Source of the DNA: Octopus bimaculoides
Lineage: Eukaryota
Direction of reading: 5' to 3'
Assembly (NCBI RefSeq): GCF_001194135.2
Contig: NC_068981.1
Span: 60,433,085-60,497,084, forward strand
Length of the DNA: 64,000 bases
Made by a program: the position numbers and the translations under genes. The notes beneath the pieces are model-generated. The model worked only from the letters and a program-made list of their open reading frames with translations, ran no database searches and had not been told where the DNA came from. Position 1 is the first letter of the stretch. The number at the start of each line of letters is the position of its first letter. Of this stretch, positions 13,086-26,288 are shown piece by piece.

Positions 13086-14465
13086 ATTATGTGTATATAT
13101 ATTTCGTATGTATATGTATGTACGTGAATGTGTGCTCAGTGTAGTTTAGCACTAAAACTCTGGTTTGAACTATATCTGAAAGTATGGTGTTGAAGATGCG
13201 GCTAGTAGTGACTTCCTGAGCAGGTAGATTTAGATTAAAGTAAAAGTGAAAAAGCAAAACGTTTGGCATCACTTGAAAAAAGATTTAATTTAAGATAGCG
13301 AATAAATGCTTATATTCTCTATTTAAATCAAGTGTCTTTTTCAAGTGATTCGAAACCTTTTTGATTTTTACTTTAATCTATCTATCTATCTATCTATCTG
13401 TATGAATGTATGAACGTATTTTATAAATAGTCATACGTATGTACCTACTACATCGATATGTACATATATATATATATTGATACTACTGTCGATAAACAAA
13501 AATAACGTTATGTCCCTCTACCACGAGCTGAGTTTGAAACCGTGTTCTTATTGTTCAGGACAGTGGTATTTTCTTTGTCCTGTCAACGAGCACGGTTATT
13601 TATGGCGTAGGAATATGATCTCTGACCCTTTCCGGTTATCGAAAGTTTAAAAAGCAAATAGGAACTGTACGAAATTGACCCAGCTTTGGAGGGGGAACGC
13701 AGCACTGTTGGGTACGGTATGCCGATCTTTCTGGCTAATTATCTGTCATAAATACGGGAGCGTAGATTTGGGAACCGCAGTTGGTGAAAAGGTGGTCAGT
13801 GGGTCGAGAACAGCAGCCGGTGAAGAACGAGTGGAGTGACAGCAGCGGTCAGTGAAGATGGACAGAGTGGTCGGTGATAGAGACTGAGAGAGAGAGGCTA
13901 TGGACAGAAGGTACCAATCATCGAAAATGGATAGAGCCAGTGACTGAGAGGCAGATAGGGACTGAAGCAATCTGAGAGATAGACAGAGAGAGCTAACTGT
14001 TGTGAAAAAGTGATGCAGTGGCAGATTGTAGTGGGCTGCGTTGGTCAGTGCTTGTCGAAATAGTAGGAGATTTGAAGGGAAGGAAATTCTTGCGGTGAAG
14101 GTTTGTTTATATTTCTTTAAAGAAAATGTACTTGCGTTTGGTTAAATGCTTTTGAGAAGAAAAGAATGAAAAAAAAAAGAAAGAACTCTTGTTAATTGTG
14201 ATGTTAAATGGTTGAAAAGAAAAGAGAGAACTTTGTTGTTACATGTTTTAAAAGAAAAGAAAAACAAAGAAGCAAAAGAACTTTTTAAATGACTCTTCAT
14301 TGTAAACTTTATGATTATGTAAAAATGATTGAAAAGCTTTGTAATTGTTTGGAAACTGTTGTTAAATGTTATTGAATGTTTTGTTTTGTTTTGAAAAATA
14401 AAGTTAGTTTGACTACGCAACGTATGGTCTGTGTTATTTATTCTTTCTGTTGTCATCGTTACGTG

Positions 14466-14545
14466 CTCCGCGGGCTCCGCGGGCTCCGCGGGCTCCGCGG
14501 GCTTCGCGGGCTTCGCGGGCTTCGCGGGCTTCGCGGGCTTCGCGG
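14466..14545 (+). repeat. GC-rich 9-bp minisatellite (CTCCGCGGG)x4 then (CTTCGCGGG)x4+, running into a gap
   Basis: Read directly from the sequence. Confidence 0.95.
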
Positions 14546-14693
14546 NNNNNNNNNNNNNNNNNNNNNNNNNNNNNNNNNNNNNNNNNNNNNNNNNNNNNNN
14601 NNNNNNNNNNNNNNNNNNNNNNNNNNNNNNNNNNNNNNNNNNNNNNNNNNNNNNNNNNNNNNNNNNNNNNNNNNNNNNNNNNNNNNNNNNNNN

Positions 14694-14733
<40 letters not shown>

Positions 14734-15212
14734 ACACGTATACTGTGTATATGTGTGTATATGCGTATACAATATACATACACATACATACAAACATACA
14801 AAGAAGTATACATCCATAAATGTATGCATACAAACACAGATACACAACCACACACCACGTATATATATGTATATAGGCACATAAGTATGCAAAGAAAGAG
14901 AGAGATGGAGGGAGGGGGAGGGGGAGATAGAGATAAATACAGAAAGAAAGCCAGAGAAGGAAAGAAAAAAGAGAAAGAGAGAAACAAAGGGAGAGGTTTA
15001 ACATAATGAAAGTGAAAGCATTTGCAATATACACGAAACAGCGTGTTTAATCATTAGGACGATTATATGAAGTCTCTGTTGAACGCCTGAATACGACTTA
15101 GAAACAGCAAGAAATATTAAAAAAAGAATCCAGTGAGTGTTGAATCTCACAGAAAGTAAATAGTGTGATAGCGTATATAATTTTATACCCCATGCGATGA
15201 AAATAGATTTTA

Positions 15213-15300
15213 AACCTTCATATTTTGTACTTCACCTGAAAAACTAGCGAGTTACGCGTTTCCAGGTTACGATCAATGTTTAGTTTTGTTTCTTATTTTT
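15213..15300. repeat. ~90-bp dispersed repeat, second copy at ~22601-22690
   Basis: CTTCATATTTTGTACTTCACCTG.AAAACTA.GCGAG.TACGCGTTTCCAGGTTACGATCAATGTTTAGTTTTGTTTC is near-identical at both sites. Confidence 0.8.
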
Positions 15301-15385
15301 GTGTTTATTTTCCCCATGCCATGTCATGCAAAAAAAAAAAAAACAGTGTTATCTACTGAATGCAGTGCAGGTGTCTAAGTCTTGG

Positions 15386-15580
15386 CTATAAATCACTCTG
15401 TATCTCCTTTATCATTTCCATGACATATATTATTTTGAGTATTGCTTTTACTTTCAACCAACAGATCGTGATTATCTCGATTTCTAGATCTTTAAATTGC
15501 AAGTTACACAGTTTCATTTGAAATATATTGACGTCTGTTCCGAAAGATGCGTCAATTATTTTCTTGATGATCTTAGGCAA
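15386..15580 (-). mobile_element. Degenerate R4/Dong-type endonuclease fragment
   Basis: IIDASFGTDVNI...FKDLEIEI...W resembles the LID..P.D.NV...KYKDLEIE..RMW motif; abuts an (ACT)n tract. Confidence 0.55.
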
Positions 15581-15584
15581 CCAT

Positions 15585-15666
<82 letters not shown>

Positions 15667-15719
15667 GTTGCCATTGCTGCTGCCGCCGCCACTACCACCA
15701 ACACCACCATCACCACCAT

Positions 15720-16270
15720 GAACAAGGTACTTCTTCCTCTTCATATCAAGCCTGATTTAATGAAGAATTTCTTGAAGGCCATGAACAAAAATGGCACTGC
15801 CTTCCAGCACTTGTTGACTCTGTTCCCAGCTTTAAGTTCTGATAAGCTCAAGGAGGGCATCTTCGTCGGCCCTCAGATCCGAGAGGTTCTGAAGGATAAG
15901 GACTTTGAGGAGTTTCTTACCATAAAGGAACTGAGAGCATGGGAAGCGTTTAAGTCAATCTGACATGGCTTACTTGGTAACACATGGGTACTAGATTGCT
16001 AGATTACCAAGAGTATATCGAGAAGTTGTTACTGTCTTATGAGGATATGGGATGCTGAATATCACTCAAAATCCACTTTTTTCACTCCCACCTCAACTTC
16101 TTCCCTCCGAAGCTCAGAGCAGTGTTTGATGAGCGTGGAGAAAGGTTCCAAGTTACTACTAGGATGGAGAGCAACTATCAAAGCAAGTGGGACTCCAGCA
16201 TGATGGGGGACTTTTGCTGGATGCTCTTGCGTGATACCCCGGCGGTAAAGTACACTAGATCGTCCCAAAA
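15720..16270 (+). mobile_element. DNA transposase C-terminal remnant, probably Chapaev3-type (CMC superfamily)
   Basis: LLPLHIKPDLMKNFLKAM...KLKEGIFVGPQIR...AWEAFKS, then SLKIHFFHSHLNFFP...AVFDERGERF...MESNYQSKW..MMGDFCWML with stops and frameshifts. The motifs are recalled as typical of Chapaev3; the superfamily call is from memory. Confidence 0.65.
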
Positions 16271-16749
16271 ACCCCATTTCTAACTGCCTGCTGTACTATA
16301 TGATTTGTGTGTATCAATTTTATCCAAGTGATTTAGTTCCATCAATGTTTTGTATCTAAGCTGTTTTGTTTTTCTGTAATATGGCTTTGTAACAAATGAA
16401 ATGAATACATATTTGGAATTTTTATGCAGAATAATTAAAATGGCATATGTGAAAGCAAAAAAAAAAAAAAAAAATAGAAGTGATCGAGCAAAACTGTTCA
16501 GAAGATGAAATTCACCACTTCAAAATTAGTAAAAAGACACCTATTCACATCCTTGCCTCAGAGCAGGAAAAAAAAATTGTAAACCAGTGTCATTGTAACT
16601 GTTTTCACTCGCACAGTTCACATTCTAATATCAAGATTCTGACGTTTGACAGTTTATTCACATTCTTGCGAGTGATCTCATGTTCAGAAGAGATCTAGAT
16701 ATTCATAAGGGGATAAAATAAGAGCATGAACATCACTGAATTCCAGATT

Positions 16750-17300
16750 TCTTACTTCCAAAAAGGCAGAATATTTTTGCTCATGATTAGATTGCTCAGA
16801 GCGAGCCCCACCGGTTTGCATACGAAAAGTATGGGTTGATGGATGTTCTCCTCGTCAGTTTGGCTAAGCATATTCCAGAAGACTGTGGTCAAGTCGCTGT
16901 TATGCACCATATTTTGGTGGTAGCCATAATCCGTCACCTGGTTTAAAAGCACAGACTAGCACTTCCGATGTCTTTACGGAGTCCACATTTTTTCAATCAT
17001 CAGGCAGAATTCGCGGTTTGAGGAAACCTTCTACCCACTCTTCCGCTGGTGTTGGAGGACTTGTACAGGGTCGTGAGCATTGTCTTTTCTTCTAAGAAAA
17101 AAATCTAATCATTTCATGTTTATACTACGGTCTTATCCATTTTCATCGCATAGTTTCGGCATATTACCAAATGGTCATAGATGCCGACTCAATAATATCA
17201 ATGAATATACTCGAAATCGGCAAGAAATGGATATCCGGAAATGATGTGATCTAATTATACTGTGTGTCTAATTATACTGATTGCGCACTCTGCGCTTGGT
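16750..17300 (-). mobile_element. Possible Tc1/IS630-type transposon remnant
   Basis: Weak: REFCLMIEKM...LLNQV...TVFW resembles the region around the first catalytic Asp of Tc1-like transposases; heavily decayed. Confidence 0.3.
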
Positions 17301-17689
17301 AGCATATTTTTCGTTATTAAAATGTTGCATTATTTATGCCTTGGTATTTTGCATCTAAAGTCAGACTTTCTCTTTCTGTTTCTAGCTCAGAGTTTCTGAG
17401 TCGTTGTTGGCTTTTTTGTTGCGTTTTGCTTGAACAAATTTTATTATTAGTTTGATTAGCATTTTTGTCAATTCTGTCTTCATTTCTTGCTGACTGTCTT
17501 TCTGACACCTCGGACAGAGAAACGTACTGTATACATTGGTAGGCTATTAAAACAAACACACCAGATTGCTCATTTACAAAGTCATGTGACAGAGAAAAGG
17601 GGGAAGGCAGAGAAAAAAGGAAAAAACAAAGAAGTAAACAAATAGAACAAGGGGTTGGGGGAGAAAATTCACAGCGACAATACGTGTGA

Positions 17690-20120
17690 CATACCAATTA
17701 AGACAATAGTTTGCTCTTCCTGCATGAATGGTAAGCCAGGGCTCATTCTTTAATCTTCAGTTCCTTTTTTTGATCATTCCAAGTGCTCCTACAATCACTG
17801 GTATTGTAACCGTCATGAGATGCCACATCTTTTCAATTTCGATTAGCAAATTTTTATATTTTCTGAGCTTATCAAATTCTCTTGCAGAGATATTATGGTC
17901 AGAGGGTATGCTCATGTCAATCAATAAACAGACTTTATTGCTTTTGTCTTTCACAACAATATCTTGTTTAATTGCATTGATTGTCCGATCTGCCCATACT
18001 GGGAAGTCACAAAGAATAGTTACATTTTCTTCATCAGATACAACCTCAGGGCGGTGCTTGTACCACTTGTCAGCAGTTTTGATTTTACAATGCCGACACA
18101 TTATCCAATGTAGATATTGACCAACTCTGTCATGTCTTGATTTGTACTCTACAGGTGCTAAAACCTCACATCCAAGGATTAGGTTTCCATTGTTTCTATC
18201 CCATCATTGCAGTATCGGCACTTTGGGTCTATACCATTTTGCAACACATTGGCTTGAGAGTTCTGGGTCAATAAGTTCTGAACAAGATAAAGCCTCTGAC
18301 AAGATAAAGTCTTCACTATCTACCTTTAGCCATGAGCACTGTAGCCACTGATAGATGTGCTTCTGGCCTACATCAGCTTGTTTGCTAAGGGCCACATATT
18401 TGCCATGAAGAGGTTTTTGTTTCCACCTATCAGCCAATTGTTCAAACGCATTTTGCTTTACTATTGATTTGACCTTTGCAACTACAGTTGCTGCACTTCC
18501 ATCATGCTGGTCAACCTGGGTATTACGCATAAACTCGCTTGAAATATTTTTGCTCTCCTTCATAGCAGAAAGAAGTTTCTTACGTCATTCATAGTTTTCA
18601 ACGAGCCTTAGCATCCAGTCGTTAGATGTTTCAAGATATTTTGCCAGTCCAGTTTTCGTGATTTTGTAGATTTCAAACTAGAAGATCAAGCCTCGACCTC
18701 CTTGAACTTTGGGTAGGTAAAGACGATCTGCGTCTGCCTTTGGTGGTTCATCTTATTGCACCACAGTATGTCTGCTATTGTGATGTCTTCACATGCTTGT
18801 TCTGGTAAGTTTTGGTAGGGTCCTTCTGTGCGTCAAATCCAGTCTGCGTTTTCATTGTCTTTTCATCACCCCAGCTATTTTTCCAGACGTTTTCAACTTC
18901 TTCCATGGAAGTGAGGGGTGGTGGTCTTCAACGGTTATTTTTTCCTTCCCTATTTATAGAATGTTTTCACATTAGATGTGAACAGCTTATTTTGCTTGGA
19001 AAATTGGTTTCTCTTCTCAAATCTTCATATTCTTTGAGCTCTTGCTTGGACTTTTTCTTGCAGGGTTTCTTTTGCTGAAAGCAGTTCTTCTATGGGTGAG
19101 AACTTATGTTTTCTCTTGATCTTTCTTCCTTATCTGATTTTCTACAGATTAGTGCATTCAATATATTGATATTTCACCTCTCTTTATTTCAATTTTACTT
19201 TTCCAGTTTAGAATTTTTCTCAGGTTTGTATTTCTTTGTTGTTTCAGAAGCATACAACCAGTTTCAATTGTTATAGCAGCTTCGTAAATAATTTCATTTA
19301 ATTCAGCGAGATCTAATTTTAGTTCTTGCATAATTTCATTTGAAACATAGTTTCCAATTTTAATTTGTTTTCTATTTTGGATTGTGTTTGAGAGCTTATG
19401 AAGTGGTTCTCTACCATGCATATTGGTGTGTCTTACAACTGCAGGCTTATTCAGGATTTTCTGCTTCAGTTCTATCATAGACTCTCTATGTTCTTCAGTA
19501 AATGTCTAATCTTCAAATATCGTTTCTTTACCACTTTCCTCGCTATCTTTATCAGGTTCATTATTACAACTTATTTCTCCCGACGTTTGCGTGTTCTGGT
19601 CAGATGGCAGCCTGTCGTCTAGTTCTTCATTTCCTTTCTGTCTTATATCTAGGTCATTTTCCGCTGCGTGCTTGATCGCACTTATTTCACTATCTGTGAG
19701 TCTTATATTTCTGAAGATATCCCTCAAACATTTTCTAACTTGTTTTCGTCCAAGTATAATTTACTGTCTTGATTTCGTGTTCTCTATATTTGATAAGAAT
19801 GTGCGGTGTGTTTCTCTTCAGATGGCCTTCCTAATGCATATTAATAGGCTTATATTATTTCTGTATACTTTTCTCGGGGCCATTTGACCCTTTTACATTT
19901 TTCTTTCTGTGGTGGGTGTGGTGGTGGACTTGGAGGGCTCGAGTTGGGGCAGTTCCCGTTCAAGTGACCATCCAGGTTCGTATTCAGAGAAAATCTTGTG
20001 CCAGTGGATGACTTTTCGATCCCAGGCTGGTTCTCTCCTGGGGGACGCGCTTCCAGATTAACCATAGGACAAGTGATTTGGTGTAGTGTTGTAGTTTTCT
20101 TTTTCGTTTGTTAGACATAT
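17690..20120 (-). mobile_element. R4/Dong-type LINE, N-terminal region plus CCHC/endonuclease end, RT core absent
   Basis: N-terminal RVKWPREKY..., LKAKAQRI.RYEKRNQF..QNKLF, then NLPEQACEDITIAD joined almost directly to HHPKADADRLYLP-like sequence, KPLHGKY, GCEVLAPVEYKSRHDRVGQYLHW, KWYKHRPE, CLLIDMSIP, IPVIVGALG. Confidence 0.85.
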
Positions 20121-20689
20121 TTGTGCTACATTAAAACTATTAGTATTGAACCCTGTATTGTGGTAATTGTAGAGACGGTTGTTGTCTCTGCCACTATTGT
20201 CGACCCTGGCATTAATACCGTTGCAGTTACTTTAACTTTGCTATTGCAGCATTGCTCATTATTAGTTACCACTAATTGTGCCTTGATCTGTATCGTTGTG
20301 ACTAACCTTTGTAGCCATGGTGACAGTAAAACCGTTATTTAATTAAATCTGCCATTTTTGCTCCTACTACTGTGTGGCATTATTAAATGTTGTTTAGTTT
20401 CAATTTTGTCTTCTACTTGAGATAATCATAAATATGTGAGGGTTGAAGGGAATAGTAAGAGGAAGAGAAGTAGCTTGGTGAATGAACCAAATTACACAGG
20501 TCTGTAAACAGGTTCGGCAGATGGTGAGGTGATCAACAATGGGCCTTCGCATTCCTGTGCGACTCCTGGGGTCAGCAGAGGACAAATGTGTTTACAACTA
20601 CTAAAGATCAAGGAAAGTGCTGACCTTGGCCTTCAAAAGAACAAATTCCGCTTGTTCTATATTCAATTACTGATAGAAAAAATACTAAT

Positions 20690-20864
20690 ATATAAAAAAA
20701 ATTTTTGTCCGTGTTTTTCTCCTTGTTTTCTCCGTATTCTTTCTGTTGAAGAGCGTAGCTCGAAACGTTAAAGACTTTCTGTATTCCCGAGCGTCAAACT
20801 AATACATCCTTTTGTTGTTTACACCACCTGTCCTCGTCTGTTGTTGTTTTTTTCGTACATTTTC

Positions 20865-20865
<1 letters not shown>
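20690..20865 (+). mobile_element. Penelope-like terminal-repeat fragment with degenerate hammerhead motif (20738-20774)
   Basis: TCTTT-CTGTTGA-A-GAG(CGTAG)CTC-GAAAC-GT-T-AAAGA: stems I and II pair; core A6 is changed to U. Related to 39380-39560 on the minus strand. Confidence 0.55.
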
Positions 20866-20902
<37 letters not shown>

Positions 20903-21095
20903 ATGTTCACATCGTTGAATTTTTTAAATCCCTGTATTCTTTTTGTCTTAATTAAAATTTTTTTTCCTTTTTGTAAGTTTTACTGTGGTTTACAGTCTTC
21001 GTAATTGTGCTATTTGTATATATTGGCAGATGCTTACCTCGTGCATTTTATTGTGTTGTTGCAATAAAAGGTATGTTCACATAATCGAGTTTTTA

Positions 21096-21480
21096 GGAAG
21101 AAAAGAAAGGTAAAATTTTCACAGGGAATTGTGGATATTAAAGTTTACAAATTTTCTAAGCATGATCGTTTGTATATCCCATTAGAGAAAACTGTAGTGT
21201 TTTTGCAATAAGAATGGATGTTTACATTTTCAAATACTAAAGGAGAAAGGAAAGAAAAGGAGAGTAAAATTTACACAGAAAATTGTAGATATTAGAATTT
21301 TAAAATTTACTAAACATTATCGTTTGTATGCCCAAACAGAGAGAACTGTAGTGTTCTTACAATGAAAAAGATGTTTACATTTTCGAAGACTCAGGGAGAA
21401 AGGAAAGGATCGGTACTCACAGAAGTTGTAGATATAAATGTTTTAAAAGATGATCGTTTGTGTGTTCGAAAATCGTAAAC
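21096..21480 (+). repeat. Degenerate tandem repeat, ~2.6 copies of a ~150-bp unit
   Basis: ACTGTAGTGTT at 21191 and 21345 and ATCGTTTGT at 21165, 21319 and 21453 (spacings 154 and 134 nt). Confidence 0.75.
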
Positions 21481-21544
21481 ATATAAGTTTCTAAACTTAT
21501 TTTGAGGGAAATTTAAAATTCATCATCATCATCATCATCATCAC

Positions 21545-21630
<86 letters not shown>

Positions 21631-21664
21631 TTTTATTATTATTATTACTACTACTACTATTATT

Positions 21665-22340
<676 letters not shown>

Positions 22341-22494
22341 TACCATATTCTTTCAATCCTGTTTCCATTTCTTGCCTGGTGTTTTCCTGTCAACAAGGGC
22401 AGAAAAACGTACTGTATACATTAGTAGGCCATTAAAACAAGCACACCATATTACTCATTTACAGAGTCATGTGATAGAGAAAAAAGGGAGGACA

Positions 22495-22590
22495 AAGTAT
22501 CAGCTGACAGAATCGTTAGCACGCTGGACGAAATGCTTAGCGGTATTTCGACCGTCGCTATCTTCTGAGTTCAAAATCCGCCGAGGATAA
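22495..22590 (+). mobile_element. tRNA-derived SINE head
   Basis: AGCTGACAGAATCGTTAGCACGCTGGACGAAATGCTTAGCGGTATTTCG...TCTGAGTTCAAAATCCGCCGAGG. Confidence 0.7.
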
Positions 22591-23039
22591 TATATATTTA
22601 AATCTTCATATTTTGTACTTCACCTGCAAAACTAAGCGAGCTACGCGTTTCCAGGTTACGATCAATGTTTAGTTTTGTTTCCTATTATTTATGAATGTAT
22701 GCTATTGTGGCTTTGTTAGTCTCTGAGAGCTTGGTGCATGCTTATACCATCCTCTTTTGTGGTATTTCAAAATGCTAACATAACTGCGAGTGTAAATCCC
22801 AACACGGTAATACCGCTGGGAGTATTCTTTGTTGGATAACATTGGTTAGTTAGGAACAATGTGATTCATCGTTTCTTTCCTATATTTACATACTGTGAAA
22901 ATATTTACTGTTTTCTGCTTCACTAAATACTTTTGAATCTTAAGACTTTTCCGTGTATTTTTCTAGGTTATTTAATATTTCCAGGTATTTTCCTGGTAGG
23001 GGATTTTCTTGCTATCACTTTATCATTTGGAGTAAATTA

Positions 23040-23470
23040 CAGTCTGTTTTGCAATTCCTTGTTGCCACTACATTTTTTGTCATAACGATAGTTTCAGACT
23101 ACTTTTCATATTTGTAGTGTTGTATCCACATTTTTTTCCAAGGGGTTAATGTAAATTGAGACAAACTTGATCCTGGCATTGCTGCAATATAATCGTTGCT
23201 TTCCATCCTCTGCTGACATAAGCAGCATTTGTTCGCTGAAGTAGTGGAATAAGTATCCTTACTGAATTAGAGCATAGAACATGATCTTGAGCAACCAACT
23301 ATATTCACTTCGCTTCTCTCTTTAAATCTGCACTCTGAGCCACTTTCACTTTGAGTGTTGGTTTTCCATATTGTTGGTGTCTGCCCATGTAACTTCATTT
23401 CTTTTCGTGCCTCTCGTATTTCAAACTGATCCTCCTTTGTTATACTTTCAAGTTTAACACAAGTAAGACC
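23040..23470 (-). mobile_element. Degenerate R4-type fragment (AQD motif/CCHC region)
   Basis: Minus-strand frames give LK.E...LVAQDHVL...H..LGK.V, matching the pre-endonuclease region of R4-type elements; many stops. Confidence 0.45.
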
Positions 23471-26288
23471 CAGTTTTATTACAGCTATTGTTATTGTTAT
23501 GGCTGTTGTTGTTATTGAGTTAAAATTACACTTATTATACTCTGTAGAAGTCTTGTCATTATTTGTTTTATAGGTTTGTTTGCTAATATAGGTACTTCGA
23601 AGGAGAATTGTTATCTAGACTTCACTATGGAAGATTTTTCCAGACTGTTATTCAATTCAATTCGCCCCCTGCTTTACACCAGTCATTGCTCCGATATTGA
23701 CAGAGAATACTTCTATGTCCATATTTCTCATTCTATCTATAACATTCTTCCAGTTTCTACACAGAAAGTATTCCAATTATCTCTAAAGATAATCATTTAT
23801 AGACATCTGGATGAAATACCTCATTATGTAACTGGATCACCCATTTTGTTTTATTGGTGTCGACTGTTAAGCTCTAATTTCCTTGTCTGCGTGTAGATGG
23901 ATTTTCTAGAGACCTATGCTATTTCCACTTTCAAATTGCCATTGGATATCATACAAATTTTTTCCTCTGCAGTTGATGGTTTATTTCCTTGCGTATTCTT
24001 CAATAAAAATGGGTAGAAGTCTTGCCGTCTTCCAATATATTCTTATACGACTGTAAGCCAGTCAGAAATTCGACGTTCTGACTTCAAATTCCGTTTTAGA
24101 ATAAGGCTCTAGCAATATTTTGTTGGGAAGCACTATGAATCCGTTTTCATCAAATATAATATCTCGTCTTTCATCTGCGACCTTTGAAGCCGAATAGTGT
24201 GGTTTTGATGTTTAAAGTAATCTGATTTCTTTAAAAGCTTTGAGAATTCTTTGGACCCCAGCTATTAAGCTCCTTATCTCTTACAAATTCCTTTGATATC
24301 AAGATGATTTCATCAACAGTAATTTCACCGACTTAGTTAATCTCAACCTTTTGAAGTGGTCCTGACGCAGTTCTGAAAACAAAATTCCATCCTGACATCC
24401 CCACTTGAATCCTTTACCCTTCGTAGCGATGGTAGCAGGCATTATCAGAAGTATACTCTAAAACAAAATATAAGTCGTAAAATATTTTGCAACTTTGTTT
24501 CGGCGTTGGCATGTCACTTGGTGTCATCATTATAGAGCAAAAGGCTGAAATTGGTTAATCCCCAATCATGTAGCTTGTTTCTATGTAGTTCACGGTTGCA
24601 GGCGTGATGTATTTCTGTTTTCATATAATATATGTGAGGGTGTAGATCATTTACACATCCCCATTTTTTCAAGAAGCCATGAATACAGAATACCGTCACA
24701 CACTTTTTTGTGGTAAACACATGCAATATATTAGCCTTAATCTATAAACATTGCTCTGTTTATCAAAAAGATTTTCAGAAAATTTATTTCATCAAAAACT
24801 ATTATTATAAGTTCGTTAGGAGAAAGAATATTTTTGTAAAAGTTAATATTGCTACAGAAGTTCTTGTAGACATAAAACGCATGTGATTGAACTGTAGATT
24901 TTAAGATCATTTGTGTTTAATTGTTTTACTTTGCTTCAGAAAACGCTGGTTGGTATCGCCTTTTAATCCTAGGTCACACGGATTCAGTTATGGTCAAATA
25001 AATTCCAGGCGTGACCAACCCATTATTTGTATATCTTTGACGAAATTATTCAGTCTTTCCATTTGGTGTGATTTGCAGGGATTTTAGCTGTTATTTCTTG
25101 CAGACCGAATGATAACGTAAATTTTCCCTCAATGACTCAAAATGTTCCTTCATTAGCTTACTACGCATGCTGTGATTGTATTATGATGTTTGATGCTACT
25201 TTTCTATTTCATTTATTTGCTCTGTAATCATTTCTAATCCACGGTTAGCTTACTTTTTACATTTCATTTTATTATTGTAGTTGGTCCTCAGTTTATATTA
25301 ATTTTATCTCTTTAATCTATTTGTTTTAAATTTCATCCGTTGGGTTTTCCAAGTCGCTAATTCTTTCATTTGTGTTAGCATTAAACGTTGTTTCATATTA
25401 TTATGACTTGGATGTGTTAGATATGGACTTCTGTGTCACTTGTTTACTGTTATGGTGTGCTGCCATTGTGTATCTACCGTGTCCTGTTGTAGAGTGGCTT
25501 GTGTCGTATTAGTTACTTAACTATAGTATGACTGTTTCTATGTTTTCTTTTCAGCTATGGCTACGTGGTTGTATATTTGTGAATGCCTCTTCTTTTGATA
25601 ATTTTATGTTATTCGTATTATCAAAACTGTGCCTGAAAGACTAGGCTTTCTCTTCAGAGTTTGAAGATATTTTGAGTTGATAATTTATTTAGATTCCTGA
25701 AAGCTCAAGAGAGAAACAGATTGGGCGATGATATTACTAAACAAATACATTCAGTTGATTGGCGAGAACTAAATCATTGATGCAGCAGTAATGAAAATTA
25801 CCAATGCATTAATTCGATACTGAAACAAGCGTGAGTGTAGCTCATGTATAGAATTGACTGCGGTTTAAGATTCACTATATAGCCAAGAGACATAGGTATA
25901 TAAGTTCAAGTTTCCAACACGATAATTATGTATACAACTATTATAATGGTACCAGTAGTAACCCAAATCCACCCTGCCTAACATTCCTCTTAACTGAATA
26001 TTAAAAAAGAGACAAATATTTACTCTAGCAAAAAGTCTCCTTATCTTCTTAAAATGATTATCTACTGACATTAATTATGTCAGAATTCCTCCAACCATTA
26101 GCAGTTCCGTCTTTCATTCAGTATTCAGGACATTTATTTTCTCTCTCACTCTCTCACTCACTCATACATACATACACGCATGCATACATACATACATACA
26201 TACATACAGACAGACAGACATACATATATACATATATACATACACACACACATACACACACAAACACACACACATATACACACAAATA

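Noticed and set aside
13560-14100. Purine-rich, higher-GC stretch that may be a LINE or transposon fragment
   Set aside because: No diagnostic motif in any frame that I could identify.
23600-24400. Possible further Penelope endonuclease remnant on the minus strand (EYIG near 24040)
   Set aside because: Only one short motif amid many stops; not enough to call.
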